Below, one piece after another: positions 1 to 36,300 of a DNA stretch of 64,000 nt (its first letter is position 1; each line of letters starts with the position of its first letter). The notes under the pieces were generated by a model that had not been told where the DNA came from, searched no databases, and was given only the letters and a program-made list of their open reading frames with translations. The translations under genes were made by a program, and so were the position numbers. The stretch spans positions 644,477 to 708,476 of the forward strand of contig MU058769.1 in NCBI GenBank assembly GCA_013265495.1, in the 5' to 3' direction. Source of the stretch: Vicugna vicugna (taxonomy: Eukaryota).

Positions 1-2404
1 CAGTGAAGCAATCAGAGGAAGGAGGTGAAAAGACAGTGAGGGTCAACACCCCTTGACTATTTCTTTAAACAAAACATCTGGAGACCGCCCCAAAAGGTTC
101 CATAAGAAGCTGCTCACACTGGTTGTCTCCAGGGAAGAGAACTGAGCAGTGGCAGGCAGGGGTGGGAAGAGACACTTTTTGTCCTACTGTGCATATATTA
201 CCTATTTTAGAACCAATGAAATTAAAGTTGAAATAATCTGGAGACTAAGGCAGAGCATGCTGTTGCCAGGAGTTAAGAAGGTGACTGAAACCTCACGGTG
301 CAGCCACAATAGCGGTGATGTGCACTGTCACCTGGACTAGGTCTTGGAAGGGTAGGTGAGAAGGGGATGGGCTGCTAGCGAGAACCCAGGCCTCACGGGA
401 ATGAGGTTTCTGGATTATCTAGGCACAACCCACTGCTCCTCAAATTGCACATTTACGTCAGTATTAAGAGCAGCAGAACCATTACTCAGCTGACTTCCCG
501 AAAGCTGCCCTCCTAAGGCCCAGAGGGACGTGCAGGGGCCAGAGACATTAGCTGACATCAGGGAGCATCTCAGGCCTCCCCCCACCCCAGCTGGGGCTCC
601 TGAAGCAGCTGAAGGCGTCCCCACTCCCCACTCTTCCCTAGTGATGGAGAGTCATTTAGCTGAGCCTTAGGTGATGGAGGCAACTCACTCCTCCAGTATT
701 TACCATCCAGTTCCCAGACACTTCTACACCAGCATCCTGGGCAATACGCCACAGGAAATGAATACTAATGGGATCCTCTCCCCATCCAGCCACCCTACGA
801 GATGCTGATAAAATAGGCTGCTCAAGCTCAGCAGGGAGAAGCAGCCAATCAGGGCTGTACATTCAGGTTCTCCCATGCCTGGAATGGGTGTCCTGCTCTT
901 TTTATTTAAGAGACAGCACCTCCCCCCCCCAAAAGAGACAGCCCAGTAACTTCAAAAGGAAAGTTACAACGTATTTTTGGTTTGGAAAGGGGACTGCCTT
1001 GATACTACCTATCTGTATCATAGTTAGCAATAGAGGGACAAAGTTCCACTCATTATCTCACCATGAAGGCTCGATATTTTATGGGCAGAGGCCCAGGCCA
1101 GAGTTGAATAGTCCCTGAACGGTGGTAGCAGAATGGAGTACTCGGCATTCGAGGTCAGAGACAGCTTCCTAATAAGATACCTCTTAGAGTGACAGGTGCA
1201 CATCTTGGTCCTTGAGCAACAACAACATCTGCATTATCTCCAGATACTCAAGCTTGCAGGACAAACTGACATGCCAGCAAGTACAGAAGCCACAAGGAAC
1301 ACACCACTGAGAGAGGGGACAGGGAAGGTGTTCCCCACCAAGTAGGAACTACTTCCACATGGGGGGAAATCAAATAAGGAATAAGTGAGTACGCCAAGCC
1401 ATACATTTTAAGCCAGCAACCAGCATTCTCCAGAACTAACCAGCCCCACAGACATAGCCACAGGACTTACAGACACATGTACTGAGCCTGTTCCCCCTGA
1501 CTTTTAGTCACAACTTTATTGAGATCTCACACCATCAGTGTGACCCTAGCCCAGCTCCCCTTAAAAATAACAGAACCTAAAACACATCCTCTAAGACATG
1601 CTAATAGACCTTTGCTCTCCTTGGCACTCACATACAGAGTTTTTAACTATGTTGATTTCATTCATTCAATTTTTTCTTCCATGTTACCTGTGTGTATCTT
1701 AACTCTCCCATTAGTCTGGGGAGTTTTTGAGGGCAAGGACATTTCTTCCTTGGCATTCACAAAAATTAACACAGAATGAACACGTTCAATAAACAATGCT
1801 AAGTGGTTTCTCTTAGTTAAAATGTGTCCGTAGCTAATTCCTTCCTCTTCAGAGTTCTCCTTGGATCTGAAAATGCTACCACGGCCTCTCCTGTGTTGAT
1901 ATGAAAGATTTATGTTCCTCCTCAAAGTTGTTTTGCTCTGACCAGGCCCCCTGTCTTTCTAAAATCTCCCATTCATTTTCCTCCTCCTTGCCAGTGGATA
2001 CTGTATAATCACATAAGAGAGTACTCCTCTATACTTCAAAGTCAAGCTCTTGGCAGGATACTAATGAACACGTATTGAGTGCTGCATTTTATGAAACAGA
2101 AGGCCTGGGTCTTAACCTCAAGCAGTTTATAAGTGCTCAGACTTCATGATTCATTATGATGGACTAGCACCTAGGGGCCTAACTAAGTCACTAGCCCCAA
2201 CCTATTTTGAGCTATTTCAATTTTATTCAGATTGCCCAAGTATCAGGTCTTTTAGATGTAATTCCACTGACCTGACTCTCCTTTCTGGCACTGTTCATTG
2301 GCAAGCCCTCCAACATACCTACCACCCGGGCTGGGTTGGCATACCCGCTTATTGCTGTGGCTTGCCAGAAAAGGGCCTGTCTGGGGGAGAGAGATCACTG
2401 TTCA

Positions 2405-3454
<1,050 letters not shown>

Positions 3455-4015
3455 GGCGGCGGCGAGGCGGGGTGGGGGAACCGGGGCCTCGGTGGAGCCG
3501 GGGCCGGTGTTCGGGTAGGGGAGAGGCTGGGTCCGGGTCCCGGGCTAAGGCGGCCGCAAAGGGAGCGGCGGAGGAGGCGGAGGAGCAGGAAGTCTCGCGA
3601 CAGAAGTAGTACAAGAGAAGGGAAAAGCAAAAGTCGCGAGAACAGCCCGCTGCCACACCCCTGGAGAGGCAGGGATTGGCGAGAACGAGGCTAGGGAATG
3701 AGGTAATGGCGGGGAAACGCCGTCTGGGATTGTGGGATGTGTAGTCTTGGTCCACCGGGCTTGGGCGGGGACCGTGATTTCACACCCCTTTTCTTTCATT
3801 TTTAAGTCAAGTCTGTGAAAGAGCTTTTATAATTCCTGTTTTTCAGAGGAATAAATTTGGACTCCCAGAAATTAAGTGACTAGATAGAAACAACACAACT
3901 AGGCATGCTGTGGCACAGACAGGGCTTCAAAACAGTAACAAGAAGTAAAATTTAGTAAAGGCTTAGTCATGTTAGGAATGAAAAAGTTAAGTAATCTTCT
4001 CAAGCTAGGGCTGTT

Positions 4016-4475
4016 TAGGGCTGTCAGGTAAAGTAGAGAACGCCTAGTTAAATTTGAATTTCAGATAAACAACTAATAGTTGTTTTTTTCCTTCAGCGTA
4101 AGTATGTCCCATACAATATTTGGGATATCCTAACACACCTACAAAAACTATGAATATTTTATCTGAAATTCAAATTGAGGTGAAGTCAGAGGGCTAGAGG
4201 GAATGACTTGTAGGGACTTTTTTGGCTTTTATGCTGAAGGAGATGGGAAGACACTGGAAGATTTTGAGATGAGGAGTGATATGATCTACCCTTGTATTTT
4301 TTTTAGGGGAGGAAGTAATTACCTTTTTTTTTTTTTTAAGTGGAGGTACTGGGGATTGAATCCAGGATCTTGTGCATGCTAGGCAGGCACTCAACCACTA
4401 AGCTATCCCTTCCCCCTATCTGAAATTCAAATTTAGTAGAAATCCTGTTTCTGTTTTTCAAATCTGGCAATTCTA
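4016..4475 (+). mobile_element. MER53-like palindromic hAT MITE, interrupted by a SINE insertion
   Basis: tagggctgtcagg...gttaaatttgaatttcagataaac...tatctgaaattcaaattt...aatctggcaattcta; internal inverted repeats; resembles recalled MER53 consensus. Confidence 0.75.
4177..4416 (-). mobile_element. tRNA-derived SINE (camelid Vic-1-like, 4297-4416) with about 120-nt L2-like 3' extension, 17-bp TSD
   Basis: Minus strand GGGGGAAGGGATAGCTTAGTGG (A box)...GGATTCAATCCCC (B box), A tail; TATCTGAAATTCAAATT at 4160-4176 and 4417-4433. Confidence 0.85.
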
Positions 4476-6279
4476 TGTCAAGTTCATAAACAGGTACTTG
4501 GTAGGACTATGTCTGTCTGAACGCCCTATGTGCTCCTAATCCCTTCACTAATGGTTTTCGAACTTTTGAATTTCACAGATCAATACAATTAAAACAACGT
4601 GTTTTGAAGATAGACATAGTATTGCTACTTTTATATTTTGCCGAATAAGTACGTTAAAAAAAAAAGAAAATGTACTCTGTATTATCATCATTATTTAGTA
4701 GAAAAGTACAGAAGGACATTTAGGACTCTCAGAAAAAAAGATAGTCCTTTGAAATTTAACAAATCCAGCTTTATGAAAAACTTACCGAATTTTGTGTGTA
4801 TGTATGTGTGTGTGTGTGTTTGGGGGGAGGTGCATATATAGTAAACTTTTGTCTCTGACTGGTGACCCTCCATGGATTAGCATTTTGAAACCCCTCCACT
4901 AAGGATGCTACCCAGGAGTCCCTGGGGACCTGGGGTTGGGATATTTCCTGAGCTTGCAGGATGCTGCAACAATTAGAAATAGTGCCAGACCAAGTGACTG
5001 GAGAGATGCCTATTTTCCTGAGTTTAGAACTCATTGTCATTCTATGTATACTTTCCTGGCTCCTCCCCAAGCCTCTACCCTTCTTTCTCCATAGTCCTAC
5101 TACCTTCCCATCCAATTTCTTATGCTGAACCCCTATCCTTCAGTTTCCTTAAGATTAAAGGTGGGTTAGGGGTATATGCTCAACTCAGGAAACCCCTCAG
5201 CTCAGTTCTGAGTGGTTAGGTTTTGTCTCGCCAGGAATCATTCTCTCATCCTTGTCTTAGAGTGTCTAAGGTCACTTAGACACTTACCAGTCTAGACTTA
5301 ACCTCAATCCCCTCCTCCCTTCTCCCATCACCCTGCTCCTAGCCTTGGCCTAGAGCCTCAACTCCTGCAGTCTAACTCTGTTGGCCAGCAGAGGCCCTGT
5401 GATGTGGAGAAAAAAATCAATCCAGCCAGCTTCTAGGTGGTTCTGCCCAGGGGCTGCAGCAGGAGTATGACCTGAGGGGAGGAAGGACAAGGAATCTTTA
5501 GGTGTGGCAGGGAAGGGGGAGAAACAGAGAAGAAAGGCCCCAGAAAGGGCTGGGGTGTTGGGATTCTGTCCAACAGTACTGGGACAGGAAACACACTCAC
5601 GTAAGTGCCTAAATCTGCCTGAAGCCCAAATGCAGATTCTGCTGTAGAAGTCTTTTTCATAGCCCCTCTGGTCTTACCCACCCTCATCATTACCCTTCCC
5701 TCACTGCTTTCTGACACCCTTCCTCTTGCAAAAGTTACTCTTGCCCACCTCCATTCCAGTCCCAACCTATGAGGCAAAAATGAGAATTTTATCTGCTTTT
5801 GAATTCTGATAGCCCAGAATGGGAGTTTGGCTTCCTTCCAACCGGGGACCTGGTTGGGAGAGAGTGGACTGCACCTTTAGATGTAGAAGGGGAAGGGAAG
5901 AGCCAGATCTCCCCTGACACACCTCTCTGAAAAATGGCACCTGGACACCCACCTCCATAGGGCTACATGCAGCTGCCCTTGAAGGTTGAGTGTGCTGCGG
6001 ATCTTTGCGTGCGTTACGGGGAAAGGGAAGGAGAGGTGTGCTCTCAGTTTGGAGAGAGGCCTGTGATGAGGGTAGATGATGCCTTGGAACGAAGGAGGTG
6101 GAGGCGCTGTTGACTCTCTTCCCCAACAGGAGACCCGCCCACCTCAGACCCCTTAGTCCTTCCAAGGGGGTGGAGTCCGAGGGAGGGACTTACGGGCCAG
6201 ACATGTGGGGGCTGGGACGTAGTGAGTGACTTGGGTGGGGGTAGGGGTAAGGGGAAGGTAATCTCTGAGCATTAGGGGT

Positions 6280-30194
<23,915 letters not shown>

Positions 30195-31311
30195 TCCCCC
30201 ACGTGGACTGCTGCATACCTGCACTTTCAGGTAGTGTCAGGCCGCTTCCTCTGACTACCCTCAGGCGGCCTCCTTTCTTGCCGTCAGCTTCTTTGTTTCT
30301 CCTGCTTTTTAAAAATCATCTCAAAACTTTTACTCTATAGTTGTCCCTTAACTCCTGCTTTGCCCTCAGGGGCTTCATCAAAACTGCCCCACGTCCTGGA
30401 CACTGGCCTCCCCTCCCCCCTTGTGCTCGGCCCTAGTAGTAACCACGGTACCACTTTCTGCCACTAGGGGTCACTGAAACATGTCAAAAGAAGTGAGCAA
30501 GGGCAGTGTCCATCTCTAGCCCCTCACACAGGTCACAGACTTTTAGATATTAGGGGACCTTGGGAAATCTTCTCAACCCTCCCTCTGCCTCCATCCTAAG
30601 ATACTTTTTGTATGGATAGGCATTTTCTGAACTAAAACATCTCCAGTAAAGGAGACGTTTGATTTACTTCTACACCTGTGTCCTATACTCCTCATATCTG
30701 TATATGTCACCAGTAAGCTTTAAGAAATGCCCCAGGAAGTCACTTTTGTCCCTCTAGCTGCAGTGTCAGCACCCCTCCCATCTTGCCAGTGGAGGTGGAA
30801 AACAGCCGTGTCCCCACCTCCAAGCACCACCCCCTTCTCCACCTCTGTCCCAGGTCGTCTCCCCTGTGCCCACTGCGTTCCTAGCAACACAGGCACCTTC
30901 CTGGTTCTCACGTGTCACCAGGCTTCTCACCAGGGTTGGTTCAGGGCCCACAACTAGGCACTGGGATCCTCTTTTACTGTCCACTTTGGATCCTTGGAGA
31001 ATGAGAAACAAGAGAATATTGGCCAGTCTCCTATTGGGCTGCACCCAAGCCGAGCCCTCTCCAGGGGTTTTCCAGAAAACTAGGCCAGGCACACACAGGC
31101 AGAAAGGCTTGAGAAGCAAGCAGGAGAAATGGGGAAGGAAGAGTTAGGGAGGATGGGGGGTGGAGGAGCAGGGGCTGGGAGGGTGGCGTCTGGTTGCTGG
31201 TATCAAAGGAACAGGACTGTAAACCAAAGTTGTTACAGAAGCCACCCTGTTCCTGTTCAGTAGCCGGGCTGCAAGGTGGTTCCTCACAACCTCTTTCTCT
31301 TTCTTCTCCAG

Positions 31312-33620
31312 TTTCTAAGAGGGACTGAGGCCTCTTCTCTCAGCATGCTGCAAACCTGTGGTCTCTGATACTAACTCCCTCCCCAGCCCTTGTTGTTCGA
31401 CTGTACCATGTTTGATGTCTTCTCTTACTCTGTACCTCTTTGTACTCTGTATCTATATATCAAAAGCTGCTGCTATGTCTCCCTCTTCTCTCTGTCTTAC
31501 TCTCTAGTATCTAACGATGTATTTAGCAATTTCTAAGCATAGTATCCCCTCCTCGTTTGGGGCCATAGGGAGGAGGGGCAGTGTTTCTTCTTCCTCTCAT
31601 ATATGCGTCTCTCACACTGAGTGGTGTTAGTCACGGAGATGATAAAAGGAAAACGGGAGCCAGAGGGCTGTGACCCTTCCCATACACAAGTACACACGCA
31701 CACATGCACGTACACGAAGCCTTAAGCAGAAGAATGTCTTAGCATCATAAGAAGACACAGAAATAGACTCTTCCTCCCTCCTCTTCCACATTTAGCACAG
31801 GGGAGGGTAACATGGAAGGCCTGCTAAATTAGAGAGTTTTCTTCAGACACCCCTCACCCGAACGGAGGGATTCCGGGCGTGCACCTCTGCCCTCCCAAGT
31901 CGGCCGTTAGCCTCCCTTTTCCTGTTCCGCCTGGACAACCAAGAACATGGACTGCTCAAGGGACCGCTTCCCTTCCTCCTCAAAACTCCTTTTGATATTC
32001 TCTACCTGAGAGCTCATGACCAGAACCAAGAGCTGCTGAAAATATTTTGAAAAATGACAGGGGCAGACCGTTCCCAGCTTGTCTGTCCATGGTGATACTT
32101 ACAGCCAAGTGTCAGCAAAACAGCTGCTTCTTTGGCTTTGGGGGGTAAACAGGCTGGAAAATTCCCAAGTATTTTTTGCCACAGTGATGAGCTGGATCCT
32201 TTCTCTGTCCCATATTGGGCTGCATGCTCCTCCCATCTCCACCTTTTGGTTTGAGGGCTTCCAGTTCATTGGCCAAATACCTGTCTCGAAATGCCTTCCT
32301 TTCAACCTGGAGCCTGACTTTTCCCTGATATACATTTAAAAAATTTATTTCCACAAAGAATTCCTTCTATATTGTCCCCATCTGGCATTAAGTGCACTTT
32401 AAAGAAAGGGGCTGGGCAGATTTTCCAGAGGTGGAGGAGCCCAAGGGCTTAACCTGGGGGGCTCCCCCCTCCCCATATAATTGATAGGACTGTTGTTTTG
32501 GTTTCTTGTCCTTTCCCACCACATGGTGCTAAGGTGGCTTTCCAGGTAACTGCAGGGATAGAGAGTGGAGGTCACAAGCCAGTCCAAATCAAGAAAGAAA
32601 GTCTGGTGTCCAGAGAGCCAGTCTCATCTGGGATGGAAGTACAGGGCAGCAGGGCAACCCATCCCCCAGCTTCTAAGTCAGGAAAGGAAGCTCAGTGTGA
32701 GTGCCAGCCAGTAAATACAGGCTGTGTTGGCCCGTGACTCCTTCAAGGGAAAAAGTCCCTTCTCCCTTTACCTGTTGGGCCCCTTTTGGCAATTAAGGAG
32801 AAATGCAGGGCAAAAAAGAAAAAAAACAAAACAAAAAACCAGAGGGATGTGGAATAAATCCAAGGTGGTGGTATTCAAACATTTTTCAAAATCAGTCTTA
32901 TATAAAACCCTGATATAAAAAACAACTAGAAGTGATGCAGACCTGGGTAGTCTGCATTTTTGCTATTTGGTGGAAGATGCTTCACTAGTTGAAGAGCCCT
33001 TGAACAGCCCTAAGAGACCCTGAGGGTTCTTTAGAGTAGTTTGAAAACCATTCAATCTGGCTCCCCTCCCCCAGGCCCGCAACTCACAGCGAAGAGGGCA
33101 GGGGTTGGGTAGACCAAGCCACGCTGTCTCCAGACCCAAGGGGAGAGGAAGGAAGATGGCTGCACACCTGCAGACTTGTGCTCGTATTGGCCAGCAGGGC
33201 ACCCAAGAATCCAGTGGGCTTTATGTAATCTTGCCACCAAATGATTCTTTTAAAACATAAGAAAATGGGAAGGTGTAGGCCAGGGGAGGAGAGAGGTGAC
33301 AGAGGGAGCAGTCTTCTCTTCAGCAAGACGTAAGGGAAATACAATTCACTTACATAAATAAGAAACAACACACACACAAAGCCTTCACCAGAAGCTTCAC
33401 TCTCCATCCTTCTCCTCCTCCCTACCCCCCACCACCACCCCCACCACATTCCTTTCAGAGAGCCAGGGTCACCACAAGGGACACTTGGCCTGCCCACTCA
33501 CATCTGCCAAAATATTGCATGCCAGTGTGGAAGACAGACCAAACCGCACAAACCCCAGTGTGTATTTACTTGATGTACATAGATACCTTTAAAATAAAAT
33601 AAATTCAATGATGACTCCAA
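31312..33620 (+). other. KIF5A: KIF5A terminal non-coding exon 29 / long 3'UTR
   Basis: Pyrimidine tract plus ag ending 31311; AATAAA at 32853, 33593 and 33598; 3' end approximate. Confidence 0.75.
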
Positions 33621-34139
33621 GGTGTCGTAAATCTTTACCCTCCCCCAGTCTCACTCCCTTCCCTGCATGTAATGGTGTTATGACAATGTGGTATATGCCC
33701 TTCTGGGTGTTTTTCTACATATTTCCACGCAGGGTTTTTTTTTTTCCCCACTTGACAATATATCCTAGAAATCTTTTTATGTCAAAATACACATTTACCT
33801 CATTAAAATATATAATCTTTCATAAACTTATCCTGTAATTTATTCAACCATTCTACTATTGGTGGACATCTATCCAAGCTGTTTGTAATTTTTAACAAAA
33901 AATGGTATCCTGTTCTCTTCATTTTTTTCCCCCAGACCATCCTCAGTCCCAGCATTAGTCCCATCCCTCTCTAGTGCAGCTCCGTCCCTCCCTTGCCAAG
34001 AGCTCAGTTCTCTTGTCCCAAGATCATTCACCACAATCACCCTTCTAACCTCCATTTTAGAGCACAGCCCTGCCTGCCTTCTCTACTCAAAGCTTCTGAG
34101 ATGTGTGGAGAAAACCTCACAACCAAAACATCGGGGCAA

Positions 34140-35350
34140 TTAAAAACAAAGAGCCACAGAGCTAACTGGATCTTCTGTGCTGGCACAGTTCCTTCTGTGT
34201 GTTCCTGCTCTTCTCCCACCACCCAGAGCAACTGGCAAAACCCTCACGCCTCAACATCCCTTCTCACCCTCCTCTCAGGCAACAACTTTGTCTGCTTTAA
34301 AAGGGAAATTAAGGTGACTGAGCATGGAATTCTTCATGCCCCCCCCGCCCCACACCTCAGTCTACACAGATCCTTTCCTTTCTCCCTTCTCACAAGGGAT
34401 AAATCTCCCTTCTCTGGACTAAATCAAGTCATTTCTTGATCCTTCATTCTTGAGATACTTACATAGACCCAATATATAAAATAAGTAAAAGTGATGCAGA
34501 TTTGGGCAGTTTACATCTTCTTTGTTAACTTCTGTCTCAGTGATTTCTTCCCTTCTCCTCGGTAAGGTCTACCTTCAAAGTGGGTTTTACCATGTGTTTC
34601 TCTATAAGCCACTCCCCACCTTGTTTTCTCACAGCCAAATTCCCTGAAAAAGTCCCAAGCTTCCCCTCCCTGCTTCCTCACCATCCATTCATCCCTCAGC
34701 CCAACTTGATCTGGCTCTTGTTGTGCTGAAAGTACTCTCCAAAGGTTACTAGTTGCCAAAAACAATGGGCACCTCTCCATGACATCTGACACTGCTCTCC
34801 ATTCCTTCCTTCTTGAAACTCGACTCCCTTGGCTTTTGTGACCTGCTCTCCTGGCCCCTTTTACTTCTCTGGCCACCCCTTCTCAGCCTTCTCCCACTAG
34901 CCTTTCATGTGCTGGTCTACACCAGGGTTCAGCCCTTGGTCCTTGCTTGCCCTCCCTGGGAGGTGTCATCCACCCCGACAGATTCCACAATTATTAAATC
35001 TGTATATCCAGCCCAGACCATTCTGGTGAGCTCTGGGACCATACGTCCAGCTGCCCTCAGGTGTAAACACGTACCAACTCATGTTTTCACCAAAGACTCC
35101 TCTTCATGTCACCGCCATCTCTCTTCACCTTAGCCAGAAGCCTGGGATTCATTCTCAACGTCTCCCTTTCCCTAAAATTCCTCATTCTCTGAGAATTTTC
35201 CAAATCGACATGAAACTATACCTCTAGATGCCATCCCCTTCTTTCTATCCCAGTAGCCACTGTTTTAGTTCCTCATCTTGTGCCTAGACGTTCGCAATAC
35301 TCCGGACACCTTCCAGAATGATGCCTGAGCGGTCCTTCTAAAAGCACAAA
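34140..35350 (+). mobile_element. L2 LINE fossil between KIF5A and PIP4K2C
   Basis: Pyrimidine-rich L2-like motifs (tccttccttcttgaaact...cccttggctt; ccagaagcctgggattcattctcaac); edges approximate. Confidence 0.6.
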
Positions 35351-35399
35351 AACCGCTTAAGGGATCTCCTGCTTTGGGAAGAAATGCTTTCGGGTTAGC

Positions 35400-36300
35400 C
35401 TCAGACGGGAGGTTATTCTGGAAACTGGGCAAAACCGGAAGGCGGCAACCTTGCGGCAAAGAAGCCCTCGACCGAGGGGCTAATCAGGTGGCATCCTCAT
35501 CGCCCGGGTCGCCGGTCAGGTCTTCGCGGACTGCGCGCAGACCTCGGCGAACACAGCTTCCGCGCGCCTCCCCCGGGGCCAGGTGAGCCCACCCAGCGCG
35601 CAGGCGTGGGGGCGGGCGGGCCGGCGCCAGGGGGCGGAGTCAGCCCGCCCCGCCCCGCTCGCGCGCCTGCGGGCCGGCCTCCGGTCACGTGACAGAGGCT
35701 CAGGTGAGCGCCGCTTCCGGGGTCGGGAGCCCGCAGCGCGGCCGGCTCCGGCTTCCACTCGGTGGGGTGCGCCGGAGATTATGGCGTCCTCCTCCGTCCC
35801 GCCGGCCTCTGTACCGGCGGCGACAGCGGCCCCCGGCACGGGTTTCGGCTTCGCTTCCAAAACCAAGAAGAAGCATTTCGTGCAGCAGAAGGTGAAGGTG
35901 TTCCGGGCGGCCGACCCTCTGGTGGGCGTGTTCCTCTGGGGCGTAGCGCACTCGGTGAGACCCGGCCCTCGCCCCGCGGCGGCCCTGTCCGAACCGCTCA
36001 GCTCCTGCGCCTCCGGGCGTCCTTGTTTCCCGGCTTCCGTCTCCGGAGCCCCTCGCGCCGCCACTTTTCCCCCGGGCCGTCCTGGTCCCTGCCCACCTAC
36101 CTCCAGATGTTCCCTCAGCGTACCTTCTTGCTCTAGACCTCTGTTTTTTTAAACATGGACCTTTCCTCCCTCCCTCTGCCGTTTACTTCTCTCTGTTTCC
36201 GTCTTCCCCACCTGAAATCCAGCTCCCTGCCTCCTTCCTGCCAGTTCCAGCCTCAGCCCCAGGCCACGAAGACCGGCCGGGACCCGCCTCCGTCTGGAAG
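35400..36300 (+). promoter_or_regulatory. PIP4K2C CpG-island promoter with GC boxes and palindromic GTCACGTGAC (35684-35693)
   Basis: CpG-dense; CCCGCCCC boxes; extended E-box; ETS-like CTTCCGG. Confidence 0.8.
35781..35954 (+). CDS. PIP4K2C: PIP4K2C exon 1
   Basis: MASSSVPP...LWGVAHS|gtgaga. Confidence 0.96.
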
